Positions 62,483 to 64,000 of a stretch of DNA of 64,000 nt are shown here, in pieces (within the stretch, counting starts at the first letter, position 1; each line of letters starts with the position of its first letter). The stretch covers positions 1-64,000 of the forward strand of contig NW_018406060.1 of the NCBI RefSeq assembly GCF_002113885.1, written 5' to 3'. The position numbers and the translations under genes were made by a program. The stretch is from Mizuhopecten yessoensis. Lineage: Eukaryota. Under the pieces are notes generated by a model, which did no database searches, was not told the DNA's origin, and saw only the letters and a list, made by a program, of their open reading frames with translations.

Positions 62483-63435
62483 TCTACAACCCCGAGACAA
62501 CCAACCAAGTAAGCTACTGCCCCGGGACAACCAACCAAGTAAACTACAACCCCGAGACAACAAACCAAGTAAGCTCTACAACCCCGAGACAACAAACCAA
62601 GCAAGCTACAGCCCCGAGACAACCAACCAAGTAAGCTACAACCCCCAGACAACCAACTAAGTAAGCTCTACAACCCCGAGACAGCTATCCAAGCAAGATA
62701 TCAGACCCTAACAAATCAGCCCAGTAATCTACAACTTCGGCGAGTCGAACAACCAATATACCGACCCAGACAACTGAACAAGCAGGCTTCAACCTTAAAC
62801 AACCAACTATGCAAGATATAAGACCCTTACTAGCCAGCTACGACCGCTTAAACAAACCAAGCTACAACTGGTCAAGCAAGCAACAACTCCAGAAAACCAA
62901 CAAAGCAAGATGAGCAACCGTTACCAGCCATTTAAGTAGACAACAGCCACAAACAACCAACAAAGCAAGTTGTGAACACAGACAACGAATCAAGTCATCT
63001 ACAACCAAAAATAACCAACAAAGCTATAACAAAGCAAGCTAGAAACCAAAGACAACCAACCAATCAAACCACAACCAAAAATATACCAACCAAGTTACAA
63101 CCAAACACAACCAACCATAAAACATACAACCACAGACAACCAGTCAAGCGCACTACAACCAAAAACACCTAACAAAGCTACAAACAAAGACAATATACCA
63201 ACCAAGTGACAACCAAAAAACCTACAACCACCGACAACCAGTCAAGCGCACTACAACCAAAAACAACTAACAAAGCTACAAACAAAGACAATATACCAAC
63301 CAAGTGACAACCAAAAAACCTACAACCACCGACAACCAGCCAAGCAAGAGACAACTCTGCCAGCCAACGAAACAAGCTACAATCCCAGTCAATCAATCGC
63401 AAACAAACGATACAACCTAGCCAGTCAATCAATCA
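62483..63435. repeat. A/C-rich compound tandem array: ~30-bp unit x7 (62483-62700), degenerate middle, 98-bp unit x2 (~63135-63340)
   Basis: ctacaaccccgagacaaccaaccaagtaag units; gacaaccag recurs at 63135, 63233, 63331. Confidence 0.9.
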
Positions 63436-64000
63436 AGCTGCAATGTTACATCTCAATATTAGACTATGCAGTGTATGACAGGGGAAAGTGTATACGTGTG
63501 TACTATTTAACTAGTAATGAGTGTCTGTGTGTATTAGCAAATGAGTATGATCGGTAGAACACCTTGTAATAGTAGTTATTGAATTATATTCTTCAACCTA
63601 AAAGGCTTTTATATTTGAAACCCAATCTATACTCTACTTAAAGCTAAATACTATTACAAATTCCTCTCTTTAAACCCGGTCTTAAAATTGACAGCTGTTA
63701 AATGGTTATGTGTATAATTTAATGTGTTTGTAATTTAATCTCTAAATATTTTATCTTTGTTTATTCATGTAAGTAGTTTTATTTCATTAAAAAAGTTAAA
63801 GTGACTAATAGACCCATTTTAGGTGTATACGTACTGGCTATTAAGTTTCATGTTCATAATATATTTTACAGTGTAAATGAATACGGTTCTTGTAATAGAA
63901 AGAACCAATTTCAAGCTGCACCACGTAATTTCGGAACAGTTCGCTTCAGAAGCAATGTTGAACCTTGTCATTGTGTGCTTTAGTCTATATACCAATAATG

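Noticed and set aside
62972-63432. T/N/Q/K-rich and hydrophobic antisense ORFs
   Set aside because: Low-complexity repeat translations; the 98-bp period is not a multiple of three.

Overview
AT-rich eukaryotic genomic scaffold with assembly gaps. Gene and repeat style suggests a bivalve mollusc, possibly a scallop (inference). The window is dominated by a tandem/inverted array of RING-less TRIM-like genes whose ORFs are uninterrupted by introns (B-box type 2 + coiled coil + S/T/P/Q-rich linker + NHL-like beta-propeller). There are four intact copies (5721-7304, 25564-27171, 33969-35384, 46659-48299, all +), two disrupted copies (16973-17893 +, 22064-23532 -) and two orphan C-terminal fragments (11156-11370, 35460-35584). 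Most copies share a conserved upstream module with a putative non-coding first exon. Variation between paralogues concentrates in predicted propeller loops. The upstream cassette between the head-to-head copies at 23.5/25.6 kb is bounded by a perfect 73-bp inverted repeat and points away from the intact gene. A separate ORF at 58016-58981 encodes a degenerate RING/B-box protein without a propeller. The rest is mobile DNA (a complete-length but frameshifted Tc1, Helentron-associated HINE-like elements, HERO and CR1/L2-group LINE fragments, SINEs, MITEs) and tandem repeats. At least two probable assembly artefacts are present. No prokaryotic features (CRISPR, operons), rRNA or tRNA genes were recognised.
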